Source: Chloroflexi bacterium RBG_13_51_18
Lineage (GTDB): Bacteria; Chloroflexota; Dehalococcoidia; Dehalococcoidales; RBG-16-60-22
Length of the DNA: 35,965 nt
Assembly: GCA_001796495.1 (NCBI GenBank)
Contig: MGMR01000113.1
Span: 9,233-45,197 of the forward strand
Direction of reading: 5' to 3'
Shown: piece after piece, positions 1 through 8,313 of the stretch
Numbering within the stretch: position 1 is the first letter of the stretch
Layout of the letters: each line of letters starts with the position of its first letter
Position numbers and translations under genes: made by a program
Notes under the pieces: model-generated
What the model saw: only the letters and a program-made list of their open reading frames with translations
The model's database searches: none
Told to the model about the DNA's origin: nothing

Positions 1-519
1 TACCAGCGCAAGATAAGTCTTTTTCACTTCCCGCTTTTTAAATTGCTCCGAAAGATTGGCCTGCGCCACACGGTTTTTAGCCACCAGAATCAACCCGGAG
101 GTATCTTTGTCCAGTCGGTGAACGATGCCAGGACGGAGAGAATCGGCGTCTACAGCCAACGCGGGTAAGTAGTTCATGATAGCATTCACCAGAGTATGGG
201 AGGGGTGACCGGGGGCAGGATGCACCGCCAATCCGGCCGGCTTATCTACGACGAGGACATCCGTATCTTCATAAACAATCTTTAGCGGTATATTTTCAGC
301 CTCCAGATGGCTCGATGGAGCAAGGGGAATATTCACCTTTATTTCATCGCCGGGAGTCAATTTAAGACTGGGTTTAGCCGCCTTGCCATTGACGGTAATC
401 AAGCCGTCTTCAATGAGCTCCCGGGCATGGGTGCGTGAAAGCTCCGTGCTCCTCTCCCCGACGAATTTATCGAGGCGGATGCCGTCAATATCAGCTACAA
501 AGGAATATTCCCTGGTCAT
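1..519 (-). CDS. rluD: RluD/RluA-family pseudouridine synthase. The 3' end runs off the window, so it is absent from the ORF track.
   Basis: My own minus-strand translation from the ATG at 519 gives MTREYSFVADIDGIRLDKFVGE (S4-like N-terminus), then LRPGIVHRLDKDTSGLILVAKN (HRLD catalytic-Asp motif). The ATG overlaps the lspA stop as ATGA (516-519). Confidence 0.85.
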   Translation of the reverse strand, partial: MTREYSFVADIDGIRLDKFVGERSTELSRTHARELIEDGLITVNGKAAKPSLKLTPGDEIKVNIPLAPSSHLEAENIPLKIVYEDTDVLVVDKPAGLAVHPAPGHPSHTLVNAIMNYLPALAVDADSLRPGIVHRLDKDTSGLILVAKNRVAQANLSEQFKKREVKKTYLALV

Positions 520-1022
520 ACTTTGCTTTTTAGAGTGCCCGAATAGAAAATCAGCCGGTAGGCGATAATTATAACACCAATGGTTATCGAGGCATCGGCC
601 ACATTCCAGGCCGGCCAGATTTTAAAATCAATAAAATCGGTAACATATCCCTGTCTTATGCGGTCGATAAGATTATTGCCGATAGTGCCGCCCATTACGA
701 GAGCCATTCCCACCCGTACCCACATGCTTTCAAGAAAATGCCAGCGACTGCGCAGAAGAAAAACCAGTATCAGGATGACAACAATACCGATAATAGAGGT
801 GATAATCAAAGTGAGTGAATGGTCTTTAAAAATGCCGAAGGCTGCCCCGGTATTCTGGATATGTATTATCCGGAAAATACCGGCGTCAAAAGACACTTCT
901 CCGAGAGCAAGATTGGCTCTAATTAACGCCTTGGTAAGCTGGTCGATAATGACTACGAATAGGACGACACTACCGAAGACGATATCCCGCCATTTATCTT
1001 GGTGGAGATGCAGTTTTTCCAT
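516..1022 (-). CDS. lspA: Lipoprotein signal peptidase (signal peptidase II)
   Basis: 168 aa and multi-TM. LspA motifs are present: IQNTGAAFGIF and WPAWNVADASI. It is translationally coupled to rluD. Confidence 0.9.
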   Translation of the reverse strand: MEKLHLHQDKWRDIVFGSVVLFVVIIDQLTKALIRANLALGEVSFDAGIFRIIHIQNTGAAFGIFKDHSLTLIITSIIGIVVILILVFLLRSRWHFLESMWVRVGMALVMGGTIGNNLIDRIRQGYVTDFIDFKIWPAWNVADASITIGVIIIAYRLIFYSGTLKSKV

Positions 1023-1374
1023 TTTTTGCCAACAAAGCTTTGCAGCTTAAACAAAGGCTGGCCTGCGGCAGCGCCTCCATGCGCTCGGGGTCGATCTTCT
1101 TGCCACAGTTGTCACAAAGGCCATAAGTGCCCTCCTCGATTTTTTCCAATGCATGCTCGACGGAGGCTATTTCCTGGCGGATGCGGTTTTCCAGTGCCAA
1201 CCGCTTTTCCAGTTCCAGAGTTTCGGTAGCTTCCTCCTCACGCTTTCCGAAGGGACTGCCCTCCCGCCGTTCTTCGGCAGTGGACTTGTTTTCCTGCAGC
1301 TGCGCCAACTCAAAGGTGAGACGCTTGTGCTCAACATCTAGTTGTTCACGCTGCTTTTTTAATTGCTCAACCAT
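994..1374 (-). CDS. DksA/TraR-family C4 zinc-finger protein
   Basis: Coiled-coil N-terminus plus CDNCGKKIDPERMEALPQASLCLSCK (CxxC-x17-CxxC). The ORF track starts at 1404. I prefer the ATG at 1374 (MVEQLKKQ) because GGAGGG lies 4 nt upstream, whereas 1404 has no SD. Confidence 0.8.
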   Translation of the reverse strand: MVEQLKKQREQLDVEHKRLTFELAQLQENKSTAEERREGSPFGKREEEATETLELEKRLALENRIRQEIASVEHALEKIEEGTYGLCDNCGKKIDPERMEALPQASLCLSCKALLAKNGKTASPPR

Positions 1375-1721
1375 ATGTCCCTCCGTACGCTTCCTCACCA
1401 TCATTGAGAAAGGCTCTCAGGAATATCATGTAACCTCATTTAGTATATATGTTGTTATAAACTAAAAAATAATAATAGAAAGAAGCGAAAGGCGATTGAC
1501 TAATACCGCAACATCCCCGAATAGCTAGAAATGCCAGCCAGCCACCGACACGCGTTGATAACGGCCATGTCAAGATTCTTCAGCATGGTTTCTACATAGG
1601 GATGAAACATACCCATAGTGTAAACCATTTATATCTTTTGGTCAATGGTTTTCCGATTAATTTTTAAGAAAATATTACCACCTTAATCGTTAATACGGCA
1701 ATCAAACGGCAAAAAGCCTGT

Positions 1722-1991
1722 TCAGGCATTTTTTACCCTGCCGTATCTTAACTTAGCGTATAAGAGCCAGCTGTTTAAAATGATACCGATAGAATTCCAG
1801 ATTACCAGAGGAACAAGTCCGAGTACGATACCGTAAATCAGCCAGATTATTATCCCCAGCAGCATCGATGTGTTAAAGAGAAGGCTTATCTCACGGGCAC
1901 TTTTAAGTTTATAAACACGGATGATTTGAGGGACGAGTGAAAAAGTCGTTAAGAGCCCGGCGAAAAAACCCAGATATTCGGATGAAGACAA
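1722..1991 (-). CDS. SemiSWEET / PQ-loop (MtN3-like) small sugar transporter
   Basis: 89 aa with three hydrophobic helices and a PQ-loop motif (SLVPQIIRVYKLKSAREIS). TTG start at 1991 with AAGGAGG 7 nt upstream. Confidence 0.75.
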   Translation of the reverse strand: MSSSEYLGFFAGLLTTFSLVPQIIRVYKLKSAREISLLFNTSMLLGIIIWLIYGIVLGLVPLVIWNSIGIILNSWLLYAKLRYGRVKNA

Positions 1992-2181
1992 AGCGTAACC
2001 TCCTTGTTCTGGAACGGATGCTTTTATTCTAACATAATCGGCATAGCTCCTACACCAGCTACAGAGAACCAGGGAAATTTAAGGGATTACACCCAGCAAC
2101 ATTAGGTGATAGCCATCTCCGTATCTAAAGCTACCTGGATGTAAGATTAGAACGGAGATTTATTATCTAAAAAGGTAAAAT

Positions 2182-2736
2182 ATGAAAATATCGCAAAGCA
2201 AAGTGCGCGTACAGCCATTCAAAACCACGCCAGCCGCGGAAAAAATCCCGGGCAAAGTGATGACAAGCAAAGCAGCGGCGCCTGTAAAAAAGTCTTTTAC
2301 ATCAAGACCTTTATCAGTAAGACCAGTATCAGGTGGGGATTCAGGCACCAATGAGACCATGACCTCTTTGCACCGCATACGGAAGATCGCTCTGCAGGAA
2401 CTAGAATTAATCCGCCGAATGAAAGCGGAAGCGGTGAAATACCAGCAGGAAACCGCCATGAAAGCGCGCAGCGAAGCTCATCAACTCGTACTGCACGCCC
2501 GCCTGGCCACCCAGCGGGAAATCGAAGATATAATACGCCAAGCAAACGAAGAAATACATAAAGTACTGGCCGATATCCGCGTTATCCGCATCACGGCGCA
2601 GGAAGAACTTGCCGCGCAGCGGAAATTTACCGATGCCGCCAAGCTTAACAGTATGTCTTCATCAATGAAAGAAGTTTTTCAAAAATCGTTAGATATGAGC
2701 ATTAAAAAGAAGAAGCTGGTAACGATTAAAGATTAA
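2182..2736 (+). CDS. Hypothetical protein: basic Pro/Ser/Lys-rich N-terminus followed by a long alpha-helical/coiled-coil region
   Basis: 184-aa ORF, divergent from the SemiSWEET gene. The helical segment LQELELIRRMKAEAVKYQQETAMKARSEAHQLVLHARLATQREIEDIIRQANEEIHKVL loosely resembles ATPase stalk or FliH-like helices. I recognise no diagnostic motif. Confidence 0.5.
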   Translation: MKISQSKVRVQPFKTTPAAEKIPGKVMTSKAAAPVKKSFTSRPLSVRPVSGGDSGTNETMTSLHRIRKIALQELELIRRMKAEAVKYQQETAMKARSEAHQLVLHARLATQREIEDIIRQANEEIHKVLADIRVIRITAQEELAAQRKFTDAAKLNSMSSSMKEVFQKSLDMSIKKKKLVTIKD

Positions 2737-2943
2737 AGTCAGCTGCGGGTATTTCCCGAACGCCGGACTCTATCACCAACTATCGCTGTACAATTTCTCC
2801 TTAAGATTTAGCCAATCCATTTTTCAACAGTAGCTAGTGTTTCTCTTTTTCAAGCGGGGAACCGGACTCTTTGATGCTATTGCTTGTGTGGAGTAAAATG
2901 TTAATAGCCACGGTTGTGTCGATAATATTCAGAGCATAATAAA

Positions 2944-3600
2944 TTGAGCATTACAGAGAACGTAAAGCAACTGATAGCCGAGCTCCCCCAAGACGTAAAA
3001 CTCGTTGCCGCCGCTAAAACGAGAACACCCGATGAAATAGCGGAGGCAGTGGCAGCAGGCATTGGGATAATCGGGGAGAACTACGTCCAGGAAGCGGAAC
3101 CCGCCTATCAGAAAATAGGCAACCGCGTGGCATGGCACTTCATCGGCCACTTACAGAAAAACAAGGTAAAAAAAGCCGTAACGCTTTTCGATATGATAGA
3201 AACGGTGGATTCGGTTGAAATAGCAGCAGAAATAGCGAAAAGGTGCGCCCAGATAGTCAAGACCATGCCAGTGCTGATTGAAATAAACAGCGGCCGGGAG
3301 GCACAAAAGGCAGGGGTCTACCCAGAAAATGCGGAACAGCTGATTTCCGCTATCGCGACGATGAAGAACATACGCGTAACGGGACTAATGACCATGGGAC
3401 CGCTGACCATGCAGGCGGAAGAACTGCGACCTTGTTTCCGGGAGACGAAGGTTTTATTCGATCGTGTAAAGAAACTGGCCCTGCCGGATGTGGAAATGAG
3501 ATACCTTTCCATGGGAATGACGGATTCCTATAAGATTGCCCTTGAAGAAGGTGCCAACATGGTACGCATCGGCAGCAAAATATTCGGGCAAAGGGCTTAA
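2944..3600 (+). CDS. yggS: YggS-family pyridoxal-phosphate homeostasis protein
   Basis: 218 aa, TTG start. Colinear YggS motifs: AAAKTRTPDEI, GENYVQEA, WHFIGHLQKNKVKK, GLMTMGP, LSMGMTDSYKIALEEGANMVRIGSKIFG. Confidence 0.9.
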   Translation: MSITENVKQLIAELPQDVKLVAAAKTRTPDEIAEAVAAGIGIIGENYVQEAEPAYQKIGNRVAWHFIGHLQKNKVKKAVTLFDMIETVDSVEIAAEIAKRCAQIVKTMPVLIEINSGREAQKAGVYPENAEQLISAIATMKNIRVTGLMTMGPLTMQAEELRPCFRETKVLFDRVKKLALPDVEMRYLSMGMTDSYKIALEEGANMVRIGSKIFGQRA

Positions 3601-3606
3601 AAAACT

Positions 3607-5727
3607 CTACCGACGGCCTACTCTTGCCCTGACCATTCTGAAGACAACCCCACCCCCAACCAGCATGATTACACCGGCAATACAGAGCCAAGGTATCAGT
3701 ACCAGCAGCTTATTCACAGGATACACAGAACCGCCTATCGTTATCGGGGATTCCGTAGTGGTCGGCGGCGGCGTCGTTGGCGGCGGGGCAGTCTGCGCGC
3801 TGGCGTCCTGATAATTATCCGACCACTGCTCGCTGCCGGTAACGTAAGACCAAGCCCGGTAGTAGTAAAGTGTATCCGGAGTCAAACCGGTATCGGAAAA
3901 AGATGTGCCGGTATCAAAATAGACCTGCACGCCGTCATATATATCGGCAGGATAGCCGCCGGTGTTGCGGCGTACTATCGTTTTCCAGGCGCCGTCACCT
4001 TTTACCCAGCTTAAGTCAATCTGCGTATCGCTGATTGCGTTGGCGGTAAAAGGGAACGGGGGGTCAGGCTTGGTCAGGAAATCCAGTTCACCGCCGCTGC
4101 CGGTGCCGTAGCTGTTTTTCACCTGCGCTACAAAGTAATATTTCGTCCCTTTGGAAAGGCCCGTAACGTCTGCACTAAAGGACTGCCCCGTAGTGACGCT
4201 GCCCGTCCAGCCGGTGCTGTAAGTATATGGCCCGCCGGAAGCCGTCCCGTATACGAATTGATACTGGCAGGCTTCACCGCCATCATCAGCGACCGTGCCA
4301 TGCAGGGTGGTTGTAGTCTCCTCGACCAGCGTAGGGGCGGCAGTAGATACCGACGGTAGAATGACCCAAGGGGTGTAATTGATGCTGATATCATTCAGGA
4401 CGGGAGTCACGCCGGTATCGGAAGTGCTGAAAAAGGCCTTGTATTTAATATAACGGTCACTATCATGTCCGGACCATATAGCGGCGCCGCTCGATGTATA
4501 ATACGTGCCGGATGTGCCGTCCGGGCCTTTAAAGTCCCAGGTAGCGCTATCATTATTGGTGGCTATCTGGAATTTTATAGCAGTCCCAGACGGCGTAGCA
4601 GCCGTCCATGATATATTGCCGAAATCAGAAGCGCCACCTGTATCATATGCCGAAGAAGTAAGGTTGCCGGAGGTATAGTAAGGCGCCCCCTGGAAAACCA
4701 GCGCGCCGCCATAGGATACCATCGATAGAGTATCAGCTTTAACCGACCATGAATTTGCGGAAACACTATATTTCCAGAAATCATCCTGATTATTGCCGCG
4801 CAAGGCATAGAAATTTGCGTCCGTATCATAGGCAAGAGCACCGCCGCCGTATACACAGGGCGTCGCCGGGGTATCCGCCATCGCTGTCCATGAATCGGCT
4901 AATATGTCATAACGCCAGTAAGTAACGGTATTAAGTCCCTTTAACGCGTAGACATAATTACCACCATCGGCGGCCAGCGAACCGCCGTCACCCACTACGG
5001 ACGGAGTACCTGCTAGCGTCGACGTCCAGCTATTGCCAGAAATACTGTATCTCCAGAAACTGGTAGTTGAGCCTCCTTTAAGCGCATAAAGGAAGTCGCC
5101 ACCGCCATAAGCTAAGGCACCGCCGCCCTGAACTCCGGATGGAGTACTTGCCATAGACGACCAGGTACCGCCAGCTATATTATACCGCCAGAAGTTGGTT
5201 TTGTTTTGACCTCTCAAGGCATAGATATAATTACCGGCAAAAGCGAGAGAGCCCCCAGCACTTACAGGACTGGGTGTATAGCTCAAGGTCGACCACGTAT
5301 TGGCAGTGATATCATAACGCCAGAAATACTTGGTGCCGCTGCCGCCGAGGGCGTAAATATAGTTATTGCCGTCGAAAGCCAGAGCGCCACCAGCACCAAC
5401 GGAATATGGTGCATCGGCCATCGGTGTCCATGCATTGGTCGAAACATCATAACGCCAGAAAGACTTTGTGCCGTTGCCCCTGAAGGCATAGAGATAGCCG
5501 CTGCCGACCTTCGCCAGTTTGACATCGCCGGGGCTGCTCGTTGCGTCTAGTTGAACAAGCGTGCCGGAGGTAAAGTCCGCCTGGGTAGTCTGGGTCCAGG
5601 TGGTATCGGCTGCAACGGTACCAGTAGCGATAATCAGACAAACGAGTACCGCCGCCAGTAGAGCCTGTAGTGATTTGAGATAAATTTTATTGATGACAGT
5701 CCTCTTCACAGGCAAGACCTCGGTCAT
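3607..5727 (-). CDS. Secreted/cell-surface protein: signal peptide, six Kelch-like beta-propeller repeats, a jelly-roll-like middle region, two FN3-like domains, a Pro/Thr linker and a C-terminal TM anchor
   Basis: N-terminal signal (LLAAVLVCLIIATGTVAADTT). There are six ~47-aa repeats of form Y-x-Y-A-[LF]-[RKG]-G-x4-[FY]-W-[RK]-Y-x5-W, for example YIYALGGSGTKYFWRYDITANTW. FN3-like signatures are GLSKGTKYYFVAQVKNSYG and GLTPDTLYYYRAWSY. The tail is APPPTTPPPTTTESP..VYPVNKLLVLIPWLCIAGVIMLVGGGVVFRMVRARVGRR. Confidence 0.8.
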   Translation of the reverse strand: MTEVLPVKRTVINKIYLKSLQALLAAVLVCLIIATGTVAADTTWTQTTQADFTSGTLVQLDATSSPGDVKLAKVGSGYLYAFRGNGTKSFWRYDVSTNAWTPMADAPYSVGAGGALAFDGNNYIYALGGSGTKYFWRYDITANTWSTLSYTPSPVSAGGSLAFAGNYIYALRGQNKTNFWRYNIAGGTWSSMASTPSGVQGGGALAYGGGDFLYALKGGSTTSFWRYSISGNSWTSTLAGTPSVVGDGGSLAADGGNYVYALKGLNTVTYWRYDILADSWTAMADTPATPCVYGGGALAYDTDANFYALRGNNQDDFWKYSVSANSWSVKADTLSMVSYGGALVFQGAPYYTSGNLTSSAYDTGGASDFGNISWTAATPSGTAIKFQIATNNDSATWDFKGPDGTSGTYYTSSGAAIWSGHDSDRYIKYKAFFSTSDTGVTPVLNDISINYTPWVILPSVSTAAPTLVEETTTTLHGTVADDGGEACQYQFVYGTASGGPYTYSTGWTGSVTTGQSFSADVTGLSKGTKYYFVAQVKNSYGTGSGGELDFLTKPDPPFPFTANAISDTQIDLSWVKGDGAWKTIVRRNTGGYPADIYDGVQVYFDTGTSFSDTGLTPDTLYYYRAWSYVTGSEQWSDNYQDASAQTAPPPTTPPPTTTESPITIGGSVYPVNKLLVLIPWLCIAGVIMLVGGGVVFRMVRARVGRR

Positions 5728-5885
5728 TTAATGACCCCAGTCTATCCCCTGAAACATAACAAAGGCGTAAATAATAAATGGAGAGAAATAAACAGAGTGT
5801 TAATATAGCGAGAATACGATGCAAAACAAGTTATTCCTTGACAAAAGGCAGCAGCTTCGCCAGAATTGAAGCAGGCGAGGATATA

Positions 5886-6422
5886 GTGACTAAAGTCAAT
5901 ACAGCGACGAATGAAACAGAACGGCAGCAGATAATCAAAGAAACAGGGCTGATTTTAAACAGGTTCGCCCGGAAAAAGCAGCATTTAATACCGATATTAC
6001 AGGGCGTGCAGGGGAAACTTGGCTACCTGCCACGCGAAGCCATGATAGAAATTGCCGATTATCTAAACATGGCAGCGGTGGATGTTTACGGCGTGGTTAC
6101 GTTCTATAATCAATTCCGCCTTAACCCTCCCGGCAAGCATTCAATAAGAGTATGCCTGGGCACCGCCTGCCACATGAAGGGCGGCTATATAACGCTGGAT
6201 GCCTGGAAACGCCGCTTGAAGATAAACTCGGGCGAAACCACGCCGGACCGGGAGTTCGACCTGGATATCGTAGCGTGCGTGGGCTGCTGCACCAAAGCCC
6301 CGGTCACCGTCGTTGACGGGAACCCGGAGGGCCAGGTGGAGCCTACCAGAGTTGACGGTATACTGCTGGGCTTCGGGCATGAGTACGGGACGAAGGATAA
6401 AGAAAAAAGTGAAAGCAACTGA
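5886..6422 (+). CDS. NuoE/HymA-like thioredoxin-fold [2Fe-2S] ferredoxin subunit
   Basis: Motifs HLIPILQGVQGKLGYLPREAM, VCLGTACHMKGG and CVGCCTKAP. The ORF track starts at ATG 5778 with no SD. The in-frame GTG at 5886 has GAGGA 4 nt upstream and gives a typical NuoE length. A TTGACA-N17-CAGAAT promoter-like site lies at ~5839-5867 inside the long version. The start is uncertain. Confidence 0.8.
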   Translation: MTKVNTATNETERQQIIKETGLILNRFARKKQHLIPILQGVQGKLGYLPREAMIEIADYLNMAAVDVYGVVTFYNQFRLNPPGKHSIRVCLGTACHMKGGYITLDAWKRRLKINSGETTPDREFDLDIVACVGCCTKAPVTVVDGNPEGQVEPTRVDGILLGFGHEYGTKDKEKSESN

Positions 6423-8313
6423 ACGGTCGACGATAGCTACTGCTTTTCAAGAGATAAGTAAACGCGCCGTAGCGCATGTACGCGAATTAAAGCAAAACAA
6501 GCCGTACATACTGGTCGGTGCAGCCACCTGCGGCAGGGCCGCCGGCGCTTTAGACGTCCTCAAGACTTTCCGGGAAGAGATAAAAAAGCGTAACCTCGAC
6601 TGCCCGGTGATAGAGGTCGGCTGCATGGGTCACTGCTACGCCGAACCCATCGTCATTATCGGCAAGCCGGGCTACCCCCCGGTATGCTATGGCTATGTTA
6701 ACCCGGTTATCGCCGAGAGACTGGTCAATGAGTTTATCCTCGGTGAAAATCCCTGTCCGGAGTTCGTCATCGGTGCGCTGGAAGCCAACGATATACTGCC
6801 CAGTTTCCAGGACTTCCCACGCGCTAAATACGAACAAAAAATAATCCTGAAAAACTGCGGTCATATCGACCCCACCGATATCGAACAGTATATTGCCGCA
6901 GGCGGTTATACCGGCCTGGCAAAAGCCATCGATATGCCACCTGAAGCGATAATCAATGAAATAAAAAAATCCGGATTAAGAGGCAGAGGCGGCGCAGGCT
7001 TTCCCGCCGGAAGAAAATGGCAATACGGCCGCGACGCCAAAGGAACGACCAAGTACATCATCTGCAACGCGGACGAGGGCGACCCCGGGGCATTCGTCGA
7101 CCGGGCTATTCTGGAAAGCGACCCTCACTCCGTAATCGAGGGATTGATTATCGCCGGATACGCTGTGGGCGCGCGTTACGGATATATCTATGTACGCGCC
7201 GAATACCCTCTGGCCGTGGAGCGAGTGGGAATTGCCCTGAAACAGTCAAAGAAGCTAAAGCTCAGCGGTAGTAATATATTGGGAAGCAATTTCAACTTCG
7301 ATATCCGGATATTTCAGGGCTCCGGCGCGTTCGTCTGCGGAGAAGCCACCGCCATGGCTAACTCCATAGAGGGGAAGGCCGGCACTCCCCGTCCCCGTCC
7401 GCCGCGAATGACTACTTCGGGACTCTTCGGCAAACCGACGGTCGTTAATAATGTTAAAACACTGGCTTACGTTCCGCAGATTATTAAAAACGGCGCGTCA
7501 TGGTTCATTAAAACCGGGACGAAAGACAGCCCGGGCACCGCCGTCTTCGCGCTGGCGGGCAAGATAGTCAATACGGGCATGGTGGAAGTGCCGATGGGCA
7601 CCACGCTGCGCCAGATAATCTTCGATGTGGGCAGCGGCATTCCCAATAAAAAGCTCTTTAAAGCCGTCCAGATAGGAGGTCCTTCCGGCGGGTGCCTGCC
7701 AGAAGCATCACTGGACCTGCCAGTGGATTTCGACTCGCTGCAAAACGCCGGCGCCATTATGGGGTCGGGAGGCATGGTGATATGCGACGAAGACGACTGC
7801 ATGGTGGAGATTGCCCGCTACTTCCTGGAGTTCACCCAGCGCGAGTCCTGCGGCAAGTGCACCTTCTGCCGACTCGGCACCAGGCAGATGCTGGAGATAC
7901 TGACCGATTTTACCCAGGGCAAGGGAAAATTAGAAGACATAGATAATCTGGAAAAACTGGCGGAGGAAGTTAAGGCGGGGTCGTTATGCGGCCTTGGACA
8001 GACCGCCCCCAATCCTATCCTGACTACCCTGCGCTATTTCCGCAACGAATACGAGGAGCACATTAAACTCGGCAAATGTCCGGCACTGATGTGCCAGCAC
8101 CTCATCGCCTACTATATCCTCCCCGACAAGTGCGAGCGCTCCTGCGATGCCTGTATCGGCAGCTGCACCGTGGAAGCCATTACCCCCAATAAAAAGCGCA
8201 TCAAGGTCATCGACCAGGAAAAGTGTGTCAAGTGCGGCACCTGCCTGAAAGCCTGCCCGCCGCAATATAACGCCATCGTCAAGCTTTCGCCGCCGAGCGA
8301 GGTACCGAAGTGA
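6379..8313 (+). CDS. NuoF/HydB-like NAD(P)H- and FMN-binding Fe-S subunit with an N-terminal Trx-like 2Fe-2S domain and a C-terminal 2x[4Fe-4S] ferredoxin domain
   Basis: Motifs GRGGAGFPAGRKW (FMN), ICNADEGDPGAF (NADH), ESCGKCTFCRLGT..SLCGLGQTAPNP (N3-type cluster) and the C-terminal CERSCDACIGSC..CVKCGTCLKACP. The start is ambiguous: ATG 6379 or GTG 6409. The 6313 start of the ORF track lies deep inside the NuoE-like gene. Confidence 0.85.
   Translation: MSTGRRIKKKVKATERSTIATAFQEISKRAVAHVRELKQNKPYILVGAATCGRAAGALDVLKTFREEIKKRNLDCPVIEVGCMGHCYAEPIVIIGKPGYPPVCYGYVNPVIAERLVNEFILGENPCPEFVIGALEANDILPSFQDFPRAKYEQKIILKNCGHIDPTDIEQYIAAGGYTGLAKAIDMPPEAIINEIKKSGLRGRGGAGFPAGRKWQYGRDAKGTTKYIICNADEGDPGAFVDRAILESDPHSVIEGLIIAGYAVGARYGYIYVRAEYPLAVERVGIALKQSKKLKLSGSNILGSNFNFDIRIFQGSGAFVCGEATAMANSIEGKAGTPRPRPPRMTTSGLFGKPTVVNNVKTLAYVPQIIKNGASWFIKTGTKDSPGTAVFALAGKIVNTGMVEVPMGTTLRQIIFDVGSGIPNKKLFKAVQIGGPSGGCLPEASLDLPVDFDSLQNAGAIMGSGGMVICDEDDCMVEIARYFLEFTQRESCGKCTFCRLGTRQMLEILTDFTQGKGKLEDIDNLEKLAEEVKAGSLCGLGQTAPNPILTTLRYFRNEYEEHIKLGKCPALMCQHLIAYYILPDKCERSCDACIGSCTVEAITPNKKRIKVIDQEKCVKCGTCLKACPPQYNAIVKLSPPSEVPK

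Noticed and set aside
1706-1731. Terminator hairpin GCCTG-AA-CAGGC plus a T-run at the SemiSWEET stop codon
   Set aside because: The stem is only 4-5 bp and the loop is sterically too small. It is not convincing as an intrinsic terminator.
2757-2870. Direct repeat CCGGACTCT (2763-2771 and 2862-2870) upstream of yggS
   Set aside because: It is only 9 nt with a little flanking similarity. I cannot distinguish it from chance without genome-wide motif statistics.
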